This document shows positions 18,526-28,466 of a DNA stretch of 60,281 bases, one piece after another. The stretch's first letter is position 1. Each line of letters opens with the position of its first letter. Position numbers and translations under genes: made by a program. The notes beneath the pieces were generated by a model, which searched no databases, was not told the DNA's origin, and saw nothing but the letters and a program-made list of their open reading frames with translations. This DNA is from an uncultured Bacteroidales bacterium. Lineage in GTDB: Bacteria > Bacteroidota > Bacteroidia > Bacteroidales > UBA12077. The stretch is taken from NCBI GenBank assembly GCA_964606845.1, contig CAZSIC010000006.1, positions 1 through 60,281 on the forward strand. The letters are read 5' to 3'.

Positions 18526-20943
18526 TTATTCTTGTTTCATTTTTCCTGAAAAGGGTATTGAAATATTTACAATAAAATTTCTGCCCGGTTCAGGCACGTT
18601 TATCAGCCTGTAATAGCTGGTGTGATTGAAATACTTGTTGTTTAACAGGTTCTGCACCTGCATTGAAATATTAATTTTTTGATTTTTCAGAATGATATCG
18701 CCTCCAAAACCAAGGTTAAATACCTGGTAGCCGTCGGTTGTCTCTTCCGGCGGAACTATATTGTTTTGTGACGCTGTAATCCTGTAATCAAAAGAGAGAT
18801 ATGCGTTTTCAATAAATTTCACTTTCTGTTTTTTATATTTAACATTAAAAACCACAGAAGGTGGAGGTGAAAACGGTAGCGAAAATCCTTTCTTTTCTCC
18901 TGAAAGTTGCTCTGAATAAACATATTCACCAATAATACCCAGTTGTAAAAATTTTAGTAATTCATAATGAGCATGTAACTCGCCTCCATATCTAAACACT
19001 TCACTTTGTGTATAATAAAAAACCTGGTTACCGGCACCATAATCCCTGTTATGCTCAGAAGTAGGATTGAGATAAATATAATTTGAAAAATAATTAATAA
19101 AAGGTGTAGTCCCAATGGCAAATTTTTTTGAATTATACTCTATCCCTGCATCTAACTGATAGGATATTTCTGGTGATAGATCATCATTTCCAACCTCGTA
19201 ACTAAAGTGGTGGTAATTTACACCATTTGCTGTCAGTTCTTTTGCTATGGGCATACGAAAACTCTTGCCGATATTGGCTTTAAAAGACCACTGTCTGGGA
19301 TTAAAATTATATCCAACCGACCATGAAAAGTTTGAAAAACTGCGGTTGATATTTTCAGCTCTTTGCAAGTAAAGAAGTATCGTATCATTACCATTAACAA
19401 CTGACGAAGGAAACCAATCAAAATAATCACAGGTATTAATATTTCCATAATCGTATCGAATGCCTAACTGGACCCTGTTAATTTCTGAAAAAGAATATTT
19501 CGCAAAAACATAACCACCGATATTTAATTGTTTGAATGCAGGGATAATAAAACCACGTCCATCAGTACGATTATCCTGAAACTCGGTGTTTATCCCTAAA
19601 CTGAATTGGGTTTTATCATCTTTTTGATAGGACAGTTTTATACTCCCTGAATATACATATTTTTCAAACTGTCGTTCGAGGTCTGAGTTAAAACTTAATG
19701 AGTCTGGAAAAACAGCAGGCATAAAACCATGGTTTACATATTGGCTCCACTCCTGTCTAAAATTGTTCTGAAAACCTAAATTGGATTCAAGGGTCAGTTT
19801 ATCCCACAAATATTGGCTATTGTTAATTATTTTAAAATGATTTACCGATTGATATGGATAATGAATATCCCTGGCAGACTTATCATGTAAACCGGTATCA
19901 ACATTTCTGGGCTCTAAACCATGAGCATTGGCAAAAAAGCCACTCTTTTTATAGATGTTGCTTATAAAAAAATCACTGCGAAATTTTGTTTGGATAATAC
20001 CAAAAGTTAAATGCAGATTTTGTTCTTTCCCCGCCGTATTCCTTAAATAATTTTTATTTAAAGCTGCACGGTATGAATAAATATCTACACTATCGGTTGG
20101 TACTTTATAATCGCCATAATTCAACATAGTGGCACGTAAGTTGGCAAAGAACCACTTTTTCCTGCCATATAAAGAAATAGAGGTACCTAAAAAATCATTG
20201 TTCGTTTTGCCTGATAAATCAATTGTTCCTCCAAATGATCCATCAATAGGTAAGTTTCTGTTTTTTAGGTTAATAACACCACCTATGGCATCCGAGCCGT
20301 GAATAAGCGAGGCAGGCCCCTTAATAACTTCAATATTATTAATGGCATACTGGTCGATTTCTAAACCATGTTCAGCTCCCCATTGTTGGGCTTCGTGTTT
20401 GATGTTATTTTCAACCACCACAACCCGGTTAAAACCAAGTCCGCGTAAAACTGGTTTCGACTGCCCTGAACCAATATCAATAGTAGTTATACCTGGCAAA
20501 CGTTCAATTGATTTCATAAGGCTTCCGCCCAGATTTTGTTTCAGGTAATCATCATTTACAATTTCAATATTGAGCGATTCTTCTTTTTTGCGTAATTCAA
20601 CATAATTATCGGTTACAACCACTTCCTGTAAATTCAAATAAGCCATACTAAGCTGAGCTTCATATGTTTTATCCCCATTGATTTTTAATGTGTCGATAAG
20701 TGAGTCATAACCGACAAATGAAATCTCAATTACATAATCTCCTTTTGGCATGTTCCTGAGTATAAATATACCCTTGTCATCACTCGATATACCTTTTTTT
20801 ATTGGATATAAAAATATCGTTGCACCTATTAAGGGTTGATTGTATTCGTCTACAACCTTACCTTTAAGGGTATATTTACTTTGTGCAAAAGACAAACCAT
20901 GTAAAATAAGTATTAATAAGAAAAGCACAAAATACTTGCTCAT
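18526..20943 (-). CDS. TonB-dependent receptor (probable metal uptake)
   Basis: Signal peptide, CarboxypepD-like N-domain, plug KPVLRGLGFNRV...QQWGAEHG...IEVIKGPASL.HGSDAIGGVI, C-terminal PGRNF. ATG 20943 preferred. Confidence 0.92.
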   Translation of the reverse strand: MSKYFVLFLLILILHGLSFAQSKYTLKGKVVDEYNQPLIGATIFLYPIKKGISSDDKGIFILRNMPKGDYVIEISFVGYDSLIDTLKINGDKTYEAQLSMAYLNLQEVVVTDNYVELRKKEESLNIEIVNDDYLKQNLGGSLMKSIERLPGITTIDIGSGQSKPVLRGLGFNRVVVVENNIKHEAQQWGAEHGLEIDQYAINNIEVIKGPASLIHGSDAIGGVINLKNRNLPIDGSFGGTIDLSGKTNNDFLGTSISLYGRKKWFFANLRATMLNYGDYKVPTDSVDIYSYRAALNKNYLRNTAGKEQNLHLTFGIIQTKFRSDFFISNIYKKSGFFANAHGLEPRNVDTGLHDKSARDIHYPYQSVNHFKIINNSQYLWDKLTLESNLGFQNNFRQEWSQYVNHGFMPAVFPDSLSFNSDLERQFEKYVYSGSIKLSYQKDDKTQFSLGINTEFQDNRTDGRGFIIPAFKQLNIGGYVFAKYSFSEINRVQLGIRYDYGNINTCDYFDWFPSSVVNGNDTILLYLQRAENINRSFSNFSWSVGYNFNPRQWSFKANIGKSFRMPIAKELTANGVNYHHFSYEVGNDDLSPEISYQLDAGIEYNSKKFAIGTTPFINYFSNYIYLNPTSEHNRDYGAGNQVFYYTQSEVFRYGGELHAHYELLKFLQLGIIGEYVYSEQLSGEKKGFSLPFSPPPSVVFNVKYKKQKVKFIENAYLSFDYRITASQNNIVPPEETTDGYQVFNLGFGGDIILKNQKINISMQVQNLLNNKYFNHTSYYRLINVPEPGRNFIVNISIPFSGKMKQE

Positions 20944-21001
20944 ATTGAAAGAATTGAGTTGAAACACCTGAAAATTGAAAAGAAAGGAATTATAATAGAT
21001 T

Positions 21002-21355
21002 TCAGGCAGGAGGTGCTCTGGGTGATTTAATTGTAATTAATTGTTGAAAATAAAACTGTAATTCAAGCTTTTTTAAAAAACTATCAATCAATAGTGTGTT
21101 TGTACTAAAAAGAAAAATTTTTGGTAAATCATTTATAGAGAACTGATATTCACATATTGGACAATGATTATCCTTTTGTGATGCTGTATTTATTTCTGCC
21201 TGAATATTTTGTCCCGTTTGTTGTATATGACATAATATGTGATTGCATTTATAATCATGAGAATGATGCCAAACAATATGAAGCGATTGGAAAACAATTG
21301 GGAAAACAAATAATCCCAATAAAATAATAACAATATGTCTTTTAAATTTTAACAA
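21002..21355 (-). CDS. DUF2946-like His/Cys-rich leader protein ending in RAPP
   Basis: N-terminal TM helix, HHSHDYKCNHILCH, CPIC, C-terminal SPRAPPA; directly upstream of the TonB receptor. Confidence 0.75.
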   Translation of the reverse strand: MLKFKRHIVIILLGLFVFPIVFQSLHIVWHHSHDYKCNHILCHIQQTGQNIQAEINTASQKDNHCPICEYQFSINDLPKIFLFSTNTLLIDSFLKKLELQFYFQQLITIKSPRAPPA

Positions 21356-21360
21356 TTTAT

Positions 21361-21768
21361 TTAAAGCTTATTTTTACAAATAGCACATGTCCCTTTGATT
21401 ATAACTTCTATTTCATCTTGTTCATATCCTTCAGGTAAATAAAATTTATTTACAGGAATAGATTCAAGGCACTGAACTCTGTGACATTCATTGCAATAAA
21501 AATGTGCATGTTCTTTTTTATTGGTTATTGAATTATCGAGCGCATATTTAACCAATTGATTGTCAACAACAATTTTATGAATTATTCTATGATCTTCAAG
21601 TGTTTTAAATGACCGGTAAAAAGTAGTACGGTCGTAACTACTAACGAGTTTTTCCTTGATTTCAATTTCTGAAAGGGGTTGATTTGCAGCCATTACTGCT
21701 TCAATGATTCCTTCACGGCAACTTGTACGTTTCAGATGATGGTTATTTAAAATATCAACAGCTTTCAT
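21361..21768 (-). CDS. Fur family transcriptional regulator (Zur-like)
   Basis: LKRTSCR, DRTTFYRSFKTL, HAHFYCNEC, C-terminal GTCAIC. Confidence 0.9.
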   Translation of the reverse strand: MKAVDILNNHHLKRTSCREGIIEAVMAANQPLSEIEIKEKLVSSYDRTTFYRSFKTLEDHRIIHKIVVDNQLVKYALDNSITNKKEHAHFYCNECHRVQCLESIPVNKFYLPEGYEQDEIEVIIKGTCAICKNKL

Positions 21769-21789
21769 GAATGCAAAATATTTTTAAAA

Positions 21790-21810
21790 TGCAACAGTGT
21801 TGCAAATATA
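21790..21810 (-). promoter_or_regulatory. Palindromic Fur/Zur-type operator overlapping a -7 promoter box
   Basis: TGCAAC-AGT-GTTGCA (21790-21804) overlapping minus-strand TATATTTG (21803-21810), 21 nt upstream of the Fur-family gene. Confidence 0.75.
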
Positions 21811-21899
21811 AATAAATAGATATTTAAAACATAAAATATTTACCAATACTTTGGATTTATTATTCGTACTAAAACAAAAATTAGATTTTTGAATAAAAA

Positions 21900-22748
21900 T
21901 CAGTTGTCTGTAATTTCAGCTTCTAAAGGAAATTTTAAATTTTCTGTAGTAAGCAATGTAGCTTTAACCGAGCCAATTAGAATTTTTGCTTCTACTAATA
22001 CAGGGATTCTATTCAGATCATCGGTAACCCAAACAAATAAATCTTCTCCACCCTTAAAGATTGTTCCTTCTACTAATAATGCCGAAAACTTAATGGTATT
22101 AAATTTTTGTTTATTGTGCAATTTAATCACTTCGCGTCCCAAAAACCGGACATATAAATCGAAAATTTCATTGTCGATGATCATACGTACCGGAATAGTA
22201 TCATTGATCTCGTATTGGTCAAAATCAATATTTCGAATAAAATAAATACCTGAAATAACATCATAAATATTATGAGGCATTTTTAAAGTATCCTCTGAAT
22301 AAGGTTTGTCAGAATTTTCGGTTTTAGTGTAAATCAGGCTATCATTATAATCAAAGGCAAAACGATTATGCACCTTATAACCTCCCTCGTAAGTGTTACG
22401 GTCGAAATATAGCGGGGCAAGATTGTCTGTTTTGGCATAGGATTGAAAATAATCACGAACTTTAAAAAGCCAGTCATAAGAGGGTATGCTGGCTCCATAA
22501 CTGTTAAAATGATAAACATCCTCTCCGCTAAGGGTCGTTTTATTCACTTTAAATTCAACATAACCGGCATTAAGCCAAATAAATCCCCAGTTATAAACTG
22601 CTGAATATGAAATACGTTCGCCGGATTTAAAAACAGGAAACTGTTTAACAAGATTTTGGGCTGTGCAGCCAAGTGAATGGCTAAAAAAAAGTATAGAAAT
22701 TGATAATGTTTTAATCACAAGCTGCCTTTTTGTTTTTAGTAACCCCAA
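21900..22748 (-). CDS. DUF3108 domain protein
   Basis: FKSGERISY...YNWGFIWLNAG, YDWLFKVRD, WVTDDLNRIPV...IGSVKA. Start may be GTG 22718. Confidence 0.85.
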   Translation of the reverse strand: MGLLKTKRQLVIKTLSISILFFSHSLGCTAQNLVKQFPVFKSGERISYSAVYNWGFIWLNAGYVEFKVNKTTLSGEDVYHFNSYGASIPSYDWLFKVRDYFQSYAKTDNLAPLYFDRNTYEGGYKVHNRFAFDYNDSLIYTKTENSDKPYSEDTLKMPHNIYDVISGIYFIRNIDFDQYEINDTIPVRMIIDNEIFDLYVRFLGREVIKLHNKQKFNTIKFSALLVEGTIFKGGEDLFVWVTDDLNRIPVLVEAKILIGSVKATLLTTENLKFPLEAEITDN

Positions 22749-23416
22749 ATATTATATCGTGATCGATACGGGTTATATCCTGGGTTATAAAAGGGTGAAA
22801 AACTGTTGTACATTGGATTTAAACCATCCGAATAGCGGTATTGAAAATTGATGTGTAAATGATCATTGACTTTATAACCCAAACCAATGGATACTGATTT
22901 ATAATTATTTGAATAAATGTTGGTTTGATTATTACTAAATAAAGGCGTTTGATTTTCAAAGTAGGTGGCATCGCCGAAAATGCTAAAATTATCGGTTAAC
23001 TGATAATATGCCTGGCTATTGATTCCGTAATTGGATGTATTTGGATTGACAGCGGATCCATTTGTAGGTAAGATATTATTTTGTAATCCGTTAAAATTAT
23101 TTTGCATGATAACACCATTTACAGAAATAAATAATTTGTCGTTGGGTTGATAATTAATCGAAGGAGCAATATACGATGATGCCATGGACATATTATTCGA
23201 AAAGCTGCTAAATCCTGTTCCCAAAGTTACAGAATAAGAAAATTTATTGTTATGCAATTTCATTAAAGCGTTATTATCCTGTTTTTCGGGTTGATTATTT
23301 TTGGCTAAAACAGATGAGTCCATTGGCTGATAATATTTAGGCATTAAAGGCCATAACTGGGCTTTAAGCACCGATGCCATAAAAATAAAACTTAAAAGAA
23401 TTAAAACTTTTCGCAT
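22736..23416 (-). CDS. Hypothetical exported protein, probable small outer-membrane beta-barrel
   Basis: Signal peptide, amphipathic strands, SIGLGYKVNDHLHINFQYRY. Confidence 0.65.
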   Translation of the reverse strand: MRKVLILLSFIFMASVLKAQLWPLMPKYYQPMDSSVLAKNNQPEKQDNNALMKLHNNKFSYSVTLGTGFSSFSNNMSMASSYIAPSINYQPNDKLFISVNGVIMQNNFNGLQNNILPTNGSAVNPNTSNYGINSQAYYQLTDNFSIFGDATYFENQTPLFSNNQTNIYSNNYKSVSIGLGYKVNDHLHINFQYRYSDGLNPMYNSFSPFYNPGYNPYRSRYNIWGY

Positions 23417-23486
23417 AATAAAGCTTATTTATAATACCATTAAACGAATAAATAACCTGTATTGTTTTATTACAAATTTAAAAAAA

Positions 23487-25736
23487 TTATTGATTAATTT
23501 CCAATGTTTCAACCCTTGTAACTTTCAATATTTCTTTTTCTTTTTTTAATTTTCTAATAAGCATATCCAGATGTTTCGTGCTTTCAACAAAAAGTTTTAT
23601 TTGTCCCTCGAACATACCATCGTTAGAGTCTATGGCAATAGAACGCATGCGGATATTCATATCTTTAGAAATAACATTCGAAATTTTATTTACAATACCT
23701 ACATCATCAATTCCGGAAACTTTAATAATGGTTTGGAATGATTTTTTTGCTGAAGACTTATTCCATTGCGCTTTTATTACCCGGTAATTATATCTTTCGA
23801 GCAATTGCCGTGCATTTGGGCAATTGGTTCTATGTATTTTGATACCTTCGCTCACAGTAACAAAACCAAAAATGGGGTCTCCATAAATAGGATTGCAGCA
23901 TTTGGCAAGCTTATAATCCACATTTTCAATTTTATCATCAATTACAAGATAATCGCCTTGTGGTTCTGAAGTTTTTTCTTCTTCTGTTACTGTTTTGTTT
24001 TCCTCAATTTCAGGTGATTTTTCAGTATGTTCCTGTTGGTTGATATTAATTATTTCTGCTTTAATATCAGCAATATCAATTTTTTCGGTAGCAATAAGAT
24101 AATAAAGGTCTACAGGTACTTTTAGCTTGTAATGTTTTAATAATTTATCAATCAGCTGGTCTTTAAATTTAATTTTCCAGTTTTTCAACCTCCTTTTTAA
24201 TAATTCTTTACCCACCTCGGCTTCTTTAAAAAGCTCTTCACGAAGCGTAGATTTAATCTTGGTTTTAGCTTTAGAGGTAACCACAAAATTTAGCCAGTCG
24301 TTTTTAGGTTTTTGGGTTTTGGATGTAATAATTTCAATCTGGTCGCCATTATTAAGCACCTGTTTAATGGTAACATTTTTACTATTCACTCTTGCTCCAA
24401 CACACTGGTTTCCGATATCAGAATGAATATCGTAAGCAAAATCCAAAACGGTAGATCCGGCTTTCAATGTTTTCAAGTCTCCGTTTGGTGTAAACACAAA
24501 TACTTCTTTGTTGTATAAATCCAGCTTGATATCATCAATAACATCAACAGTATCGAGGTTTGGACTATCAAGCACTTCGCGAATTTTTTGCATCCAGCCA
24601 TCAATTCCACGTTCCGGTTTTACGCCTTTATATTTCCAATGGGCCGCATAACCTTTTTCGGCTACTTCGTCCATCCTGCGGGTTCGTATTTGCACTTCTA
24701 CCCACTTTTTATCGGGTCCTACAACAGTAGTATGCAACGACTCGTAACCATTGGATTTAGGAACGCTAATCCAATCGCGCAACCGCTTGGGGTTGGGCTG
24801 ATAAAAATCGGTGACAATTGAATACACGCGCCAGCAATCGGACTTTTCTTTCGAAGGCTTAGAATCCAGGATAATACGTATGGCAAAAATATCATAAACT
24901 TCTTCGAATTCAACACCTTGCTTTTTCATTTTTTGCCAGATAGAATATACCGATTTGGGCCGTCCTTTGATTTCAAATTCAAATCCTTGATTTTTCAACT
25001 CTTTCTCTATGGGTGCTGCAAACTTTTTGATAAAACGGTTTCGTTTGGATGTCGTATTTTTTAATTTTTTAATAATCTCTTTGTAGCGTTCCTTTTCAGT
25101 ATATTTCATCGCCAGGTTTTCCAGCTCCGACTTGATATTGTATAATCCTAAACGGTGAGCTAAAGGAGCATAAAAAGAAAACGTTTCCATTGATATTTTA
25201 ACCTGATAATCTTCTGGCATATAATTTAACCCACGCATGTGTTCCAATAAAATAGCCAGTTTTATTAGAATTACACGCACATCGTCAACTAACGTTAAAA
25301 GAAGCTTACGAAAATTTTCTGATTGATCGGTAGCCGCTTTAGAGTCAATATCGGCCAGTTTAATCAACCCATCAACGATTAGTTTAATTTTTTTATCAAA
25401 TTGTTTTTCAACTTCAACCAACGTAATTTGATCATCGATAACAGCATGATATAAAAGAGAAGCAATAACCGAACGAGTGCCAAGGCCTATTTGTTCGACA
25501 ATAATAATGGCAATATCAAGTAATTCAATGATAAAAGGTTCGCCAGAGGGGAGTCGTTTCTCGTCGTGAACTTCTAGGGCTATATCGAATGCTTTCCGAG
25601 TAAATTCAAGCTCTTTTTTTTGTGTAAATACTTCAGATGTTTTAAGTAATCCGCGATACTTATCAATTATTCTCCTGCGCTCTTTTTCTGTTATTTTTCC
25701 TTCGGTCTTTTTATCGAAGTTTGTTTTTGATAACAT
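23487..25736 (-). CDS. Long RelA/SpoT homolog (ppGpp synthetase; hydrolase motifs degenerate)
   Basis: YAPLAHRLG, GRPKSVYSI, NGYESLHT, EVQIRT, AAHWKYK, TGS (VFTPNG..DFAYDIHS), AKCCNP, ACT domain. Confidence 0.93.
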   Translation of the reverse strand: MLSKTNFDKKTEGKITEKERRRIIDKYRGLLKTSEVFTQKKELEFTRKAFDIALEVHDEKRLPSGEPFIIELLDIAIIIVEQIGLGTRSVIASLLYHAVIDDQITLVEVEKQFDKKIKLIVDGLIKLADIDSKAATDQSENFRKLLLTLVDDVRVILIKLAILLEHMRGLNYMPEDYQVKISMETFSFYAPLAHRLGLYNIKSELENLAMKYTEKERYKEIIKKLKNTTSKRNRFIKKFAAPIEKELKNQGFEFEIKGRPKSVYSIWQKMKKQGVEFEEVYDIFAIRIILDSKPSKEKSDCWRVYSIVTDFYQPNPKRLRDWISVPKSNGYESLHTTVVGPDKKWVEVQIRTRRMDEVAEKGYAAHWKYKGVKPERGIDGWMQKIREVLDSPNLDTVDVIDDIKLDLYNKEVFVFTPNGDLKTLKAGSTVLDFAYDIHSDIGNQCVGARVNSKNVTIKQVLNNGDQIEIITSKTQKPKNDWLNFVVTSKAKTKIKSTLREELFKEAEVGKELLKRRLKNWKIKFKDQLIDKLLKHYKLKVPVDLYYLIATEKIDIADIKAEIININQQEHTEKSPEIEENKTVTEEEKTSEPQGDYLVIDDKIENVDYKLAKCCNPIYGDPIFGFVTVSEGIKIHRTNCPNARQLLERYNYRVIKAQWNKSSAKKSFQTIIKVSGIDDVGIVNKISNVISKDMNIRMRSIAIDSNDGMFEGQIKLFVESTKHLDMLIRKLKKEKEILKVTRVETLEINQ

Positions 25737-25742
25737 TATAAT

Positions 25743-26522
25743 TTACAATATTTTAAATTTATCAGCATCAAGTCCAACCGGAAACTTTTTTCTAAACCGA
25801 TTCAGTTCATTTAACGATAAATTGGCATCAATTATTTGTTCTTTATGCTCTTTTGTTTCAGCCATTATTTCACCCTTAGGGTTAATAAGCACTGTATCGC
25901 CTGCATAGCTTAAACCTTCGCCATCATTTCCAATACGGTTTACTCCTGCAACATAAACCTGGTTTTCAATGGCTCGTGCGGGAAGCAATTTTTTCCAAAC
26001 CTCTCTCCTGCTTTCTGGCCAGTTGGCTATATAAATCAACAAATCAAAATCATTTTGGTTGCGGCTCCACACCGGAAATCTTAAATCGTAACAGGTAAGC
26101 GGGCAAATACGCCAGTTTTTATAGTTGAAAACCAACCGTTTGTTTCCTGCACTGTAATGTTTATGTTCATTGCCCATCCTGAACAAGTGTCTTTTATCAT
26201 AATATTCGTAATTCCCATCAGTAAATATTACAAAAAGTCGATTAAAATATGCTCCCTGGTCTTTAATTATTATACTCCCGATAATGATTTTATTGATTTT
26301 AGAAGCTTGTTCTTGTAGCCAAGCAAAAGACCTTCCATCCATTTTTTCTGCCAGTTTTTCCGTTTTCATGGAAAATCCGGTGGTAAACATTTCAGGCAGT
26401 ATAACCAGTTCAGTTGATTTGGATAACTGATTGAATAAAATCTCAAAATGTTTTAAATTTTGTTCTACATCTTCCCAAAAGAGTTCTGTTTGTATACAAG
26501 AAATATGAAGGTTGTTTTGCAT
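25743..26522 (-). CDS. Nitrilase-family omega-amidase (YafV-like)
   Basis: LPEMFTTGF, YDKRHLF, CYDLRFPVWSR, ARAIENQ (E-K-C triad). Confidence 0.92.
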   Translation of the reverse strand: MQNNLHISCIQTELFWEDVEQNLKHFEILFNQLSKSTELVILPEMFTTGFSMKTEKLAEKMDGRSFAWLQEQASKINKIIIGSIIIKDQGAYFNRLFVIFTDGNYEYYDKRHLFRMGNEHKHYSAGNKRLVFNYKNWRICPLTCYDLRFPVWSRNQNDFDLLIYIANWPESRREVWKKLLPARAIENQVYVAGVNRIGNDGEGLSYAGDTVLINPKGEIMAETKEHKEQIIDANLSLNELNRFRKKFPVGLDADKFKIL

Positions 26523-26667
26523 GGTGTTACAATTTTAAAATTTCTGCAAAGATAATAAATGTGTATGGTAAAGCTAAATTGATTAATTACTTCTTTCAGT
26601 CGTGAAAAAGTTCATCAATATTGGAAATCATAAAATGTATGAATATCTGAGGCTAAAACCCTTTATC

Positions 26668-26833
26668 CTAGTGTCGTGTCAATGCTATTGTGTCGGTTAA
26701 GTCGCAATAATTTTTTCTCAGATCAAAAAAGAAATTCTGCACATAGCCGAAGCTACGTAAAGAATTTATTTTGCCGAGCTGAGGAAAAAGAAAAAGATTT
26801 GGGCTGACTAAAATAGCGTTGACATGACACTAG
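26668..26833. mobile_element. 166-bp MITE-like palindromic element, copy 2 (inverted relative to copy 1)
   Basis: Reverse complement matches 4988-5153 with 2 mismatches by manual comparison; CTAG at both ends. Confidence 0.85.
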
Positions 26834-26857
26834 TTGAAAATTAAAAAAAGTATTTAT

Positions 26858-27175
26858 TTAATGAACCCTTCTTCGTTTACTGCTGCCGGTACTTTTTCCA
26901 CCAAGTATTCCCCAACCCCCACTTCCAAGCAAAAACCCAAAGGCATACCAGGCACCATTATTGTTTTGTGCATAAACCGTAACATCATCGCGAAAAAGCA
27001 TAGCTATTAAATCGAAGGGTGCTATGATTCCATGTAACAACCCGCCCCAAAAACCATAAGTTTGTCCTTCTAAACAGGCATCTACAGTTTCTTTATTGGC
27101 ACACGAAGAAAAAAGTAAAAAGATAAAAACTACTAATAATAAGAGCACAATTTTATTTGATGATACTGTTTTCAT
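26858..27175 (-). CDS. Small hypothetical membrane lipoprotein
   Basis: Lipobox FSSC, GFWGGLLHGIIAPF, NNGAWYAFGFLLG. Confidence 0.75.
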   Translation of the reverse strand: MKTVSSNKIVLLLLVVFIFLLFSSCANKETVDACLEGQTYGFWGGLLHGIIAPFDLIAMLFRDDVTVYAQNNNGAWYAFGFLLGSGGWGILGGKSTGSSKRRRVH

Positions 27176-27183
27176 TATAATAA

Positions 27184-28344
27184 TTATTGACTTTGTATAG
27201 AATTATAATAGTCTTCAAAAATTTCTGATGTTAGCGGCAAATAAAATTTTCTGTAAAATTTTTTCGTGCTTTTATAATTTTCTCGTGTTAATGTTGCCAT
27301 CAGGTCGTGGTAACCTTCAAAATAGGCAGTTTTATTATTTATTGCATTAGCCGCAAAGTTTCCGCCAAAGTAATAAAATCTGTAATCGCCATCATGTTCA
27401 ATTACTGCAGGAAATACAGGGCGTATATTATAGCTTCGCAATAGAGAGTCGCCTTTGGCATTTACCATTAAATTAAAACTAGCCAACACATCATTGCGAT
27501 CTCCTGTGTATGTTATATCAAACCAGTTTGGATAGTAAACCTTTTCCGGAACTCCATATTTTTCAACTGTTTCAGGTTTAGAAACAATAAAAGGGATTTT
27601 TTCTGACAAGTGTGTTTCGTGCTCTAATACTGCAATGGTGCCAAATTTATGCACCAGCACAATACCCGAATTTTTAAAAGGCCATTGATGATTGTTTTGC
27701 TCCATATACAGTTTAACAATCCATTCAGGAAAGTAACTATTAGAAGAAGTATCCAGACTCGGGAAATATTTACCGGTCCATCCGCTCCAGTTAATGCCAA
27801 ACATATCTTCTGCCTTTTCACGAATTAATCCACTGGTGGGTGCATTATATAAGTTAAACTCTGTTATGATAAGTTTATTAAGTTCTTTCATTTCTTTTAG
27901 CAAAAGATAATCGTTCTGATTTAACCCGCCATATACTTTCTGGCTAATATCAGCATCGCTTGCTTGGTTTTTATACCACTCATTGTAATAAACTCCGTAA
28001 GTATCGGCGTAATATACCGCATCATAATCTAATGCAGCATCTTTAACATCATGAATACGCAAGCTTTTAAAATCAAATTCCTGTGATTTGGTATCAAGTG
28101 GAAAAAAGCCGTAATAGTCTTTATTTACATTGTATAAACTTCCATCAGGTAGGGTAAATTTATTATGATTTAACAGCCATACCAAAGATTTATGCTCGGT
28201 TCGATCGGTTGTTGGTACCGTTTTATCGAGAATATAAATATTTAAAGGTTTTGCCGGTTTAATATACCAAAATAACCAACTCCCGATAAGGGTTAATAAA
28301 ATGATACCTACAGCAATAATTAAGATTAAAATTTTTTTATTCAT
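27184..28344 (-). CDS. Membrane-anchored hypothetical protein
   Basis: 386-aa ORF, N-terminal TM anchor, ILDKTVP...EH, DYYGF, YADTYGVY, WSGWTGKYF. Confidence 0.8.
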   Translation of the reverse strand: MNKKILILIIAVGIILLTLIGSWLFWYIKPAKPLNIYILDKTVPTTDRTEHKSLVWLLNHNKFTLPDGSLYNVNKDYYGFFPLDTKSQEFDFKSLRIHDVKDAALDYDAVYYADTYGVYYNEWYKNQASDADISQKVYGGLNQNDYLLLKEMKELNKLIITEFNLYNAPTSGLIREKAEDMFGINWSGWTGKYFPSLDTSSNSYFPEWIVKLYMEQNNHQWPFKNSGIVLVHKFGTIAVLEHETHLSEKIPFIVSKPETVEKYGVPEKVYYPNWFDITYTGDRNDVLASFNLMVNAKGDSLLRSYNIRPVFPAVIEHDGDYRFYYFGGNFAANAINNKTAYFEGYHDLMATLTRENYKSTKKFYRKFYLPLTSEIFEDYYNSIQSQ

Positions 28345-28466
28345 CTTTGACAGAATTATTTAGGTTAATTCATATAAAACAAGGGTGCTCTAAGATACAA
28401 AGATTCGGGAAAAATACAAATTATAAATTACTGTTGAATATTTTTAAAGTTAAAAGGGTTAAAAAT

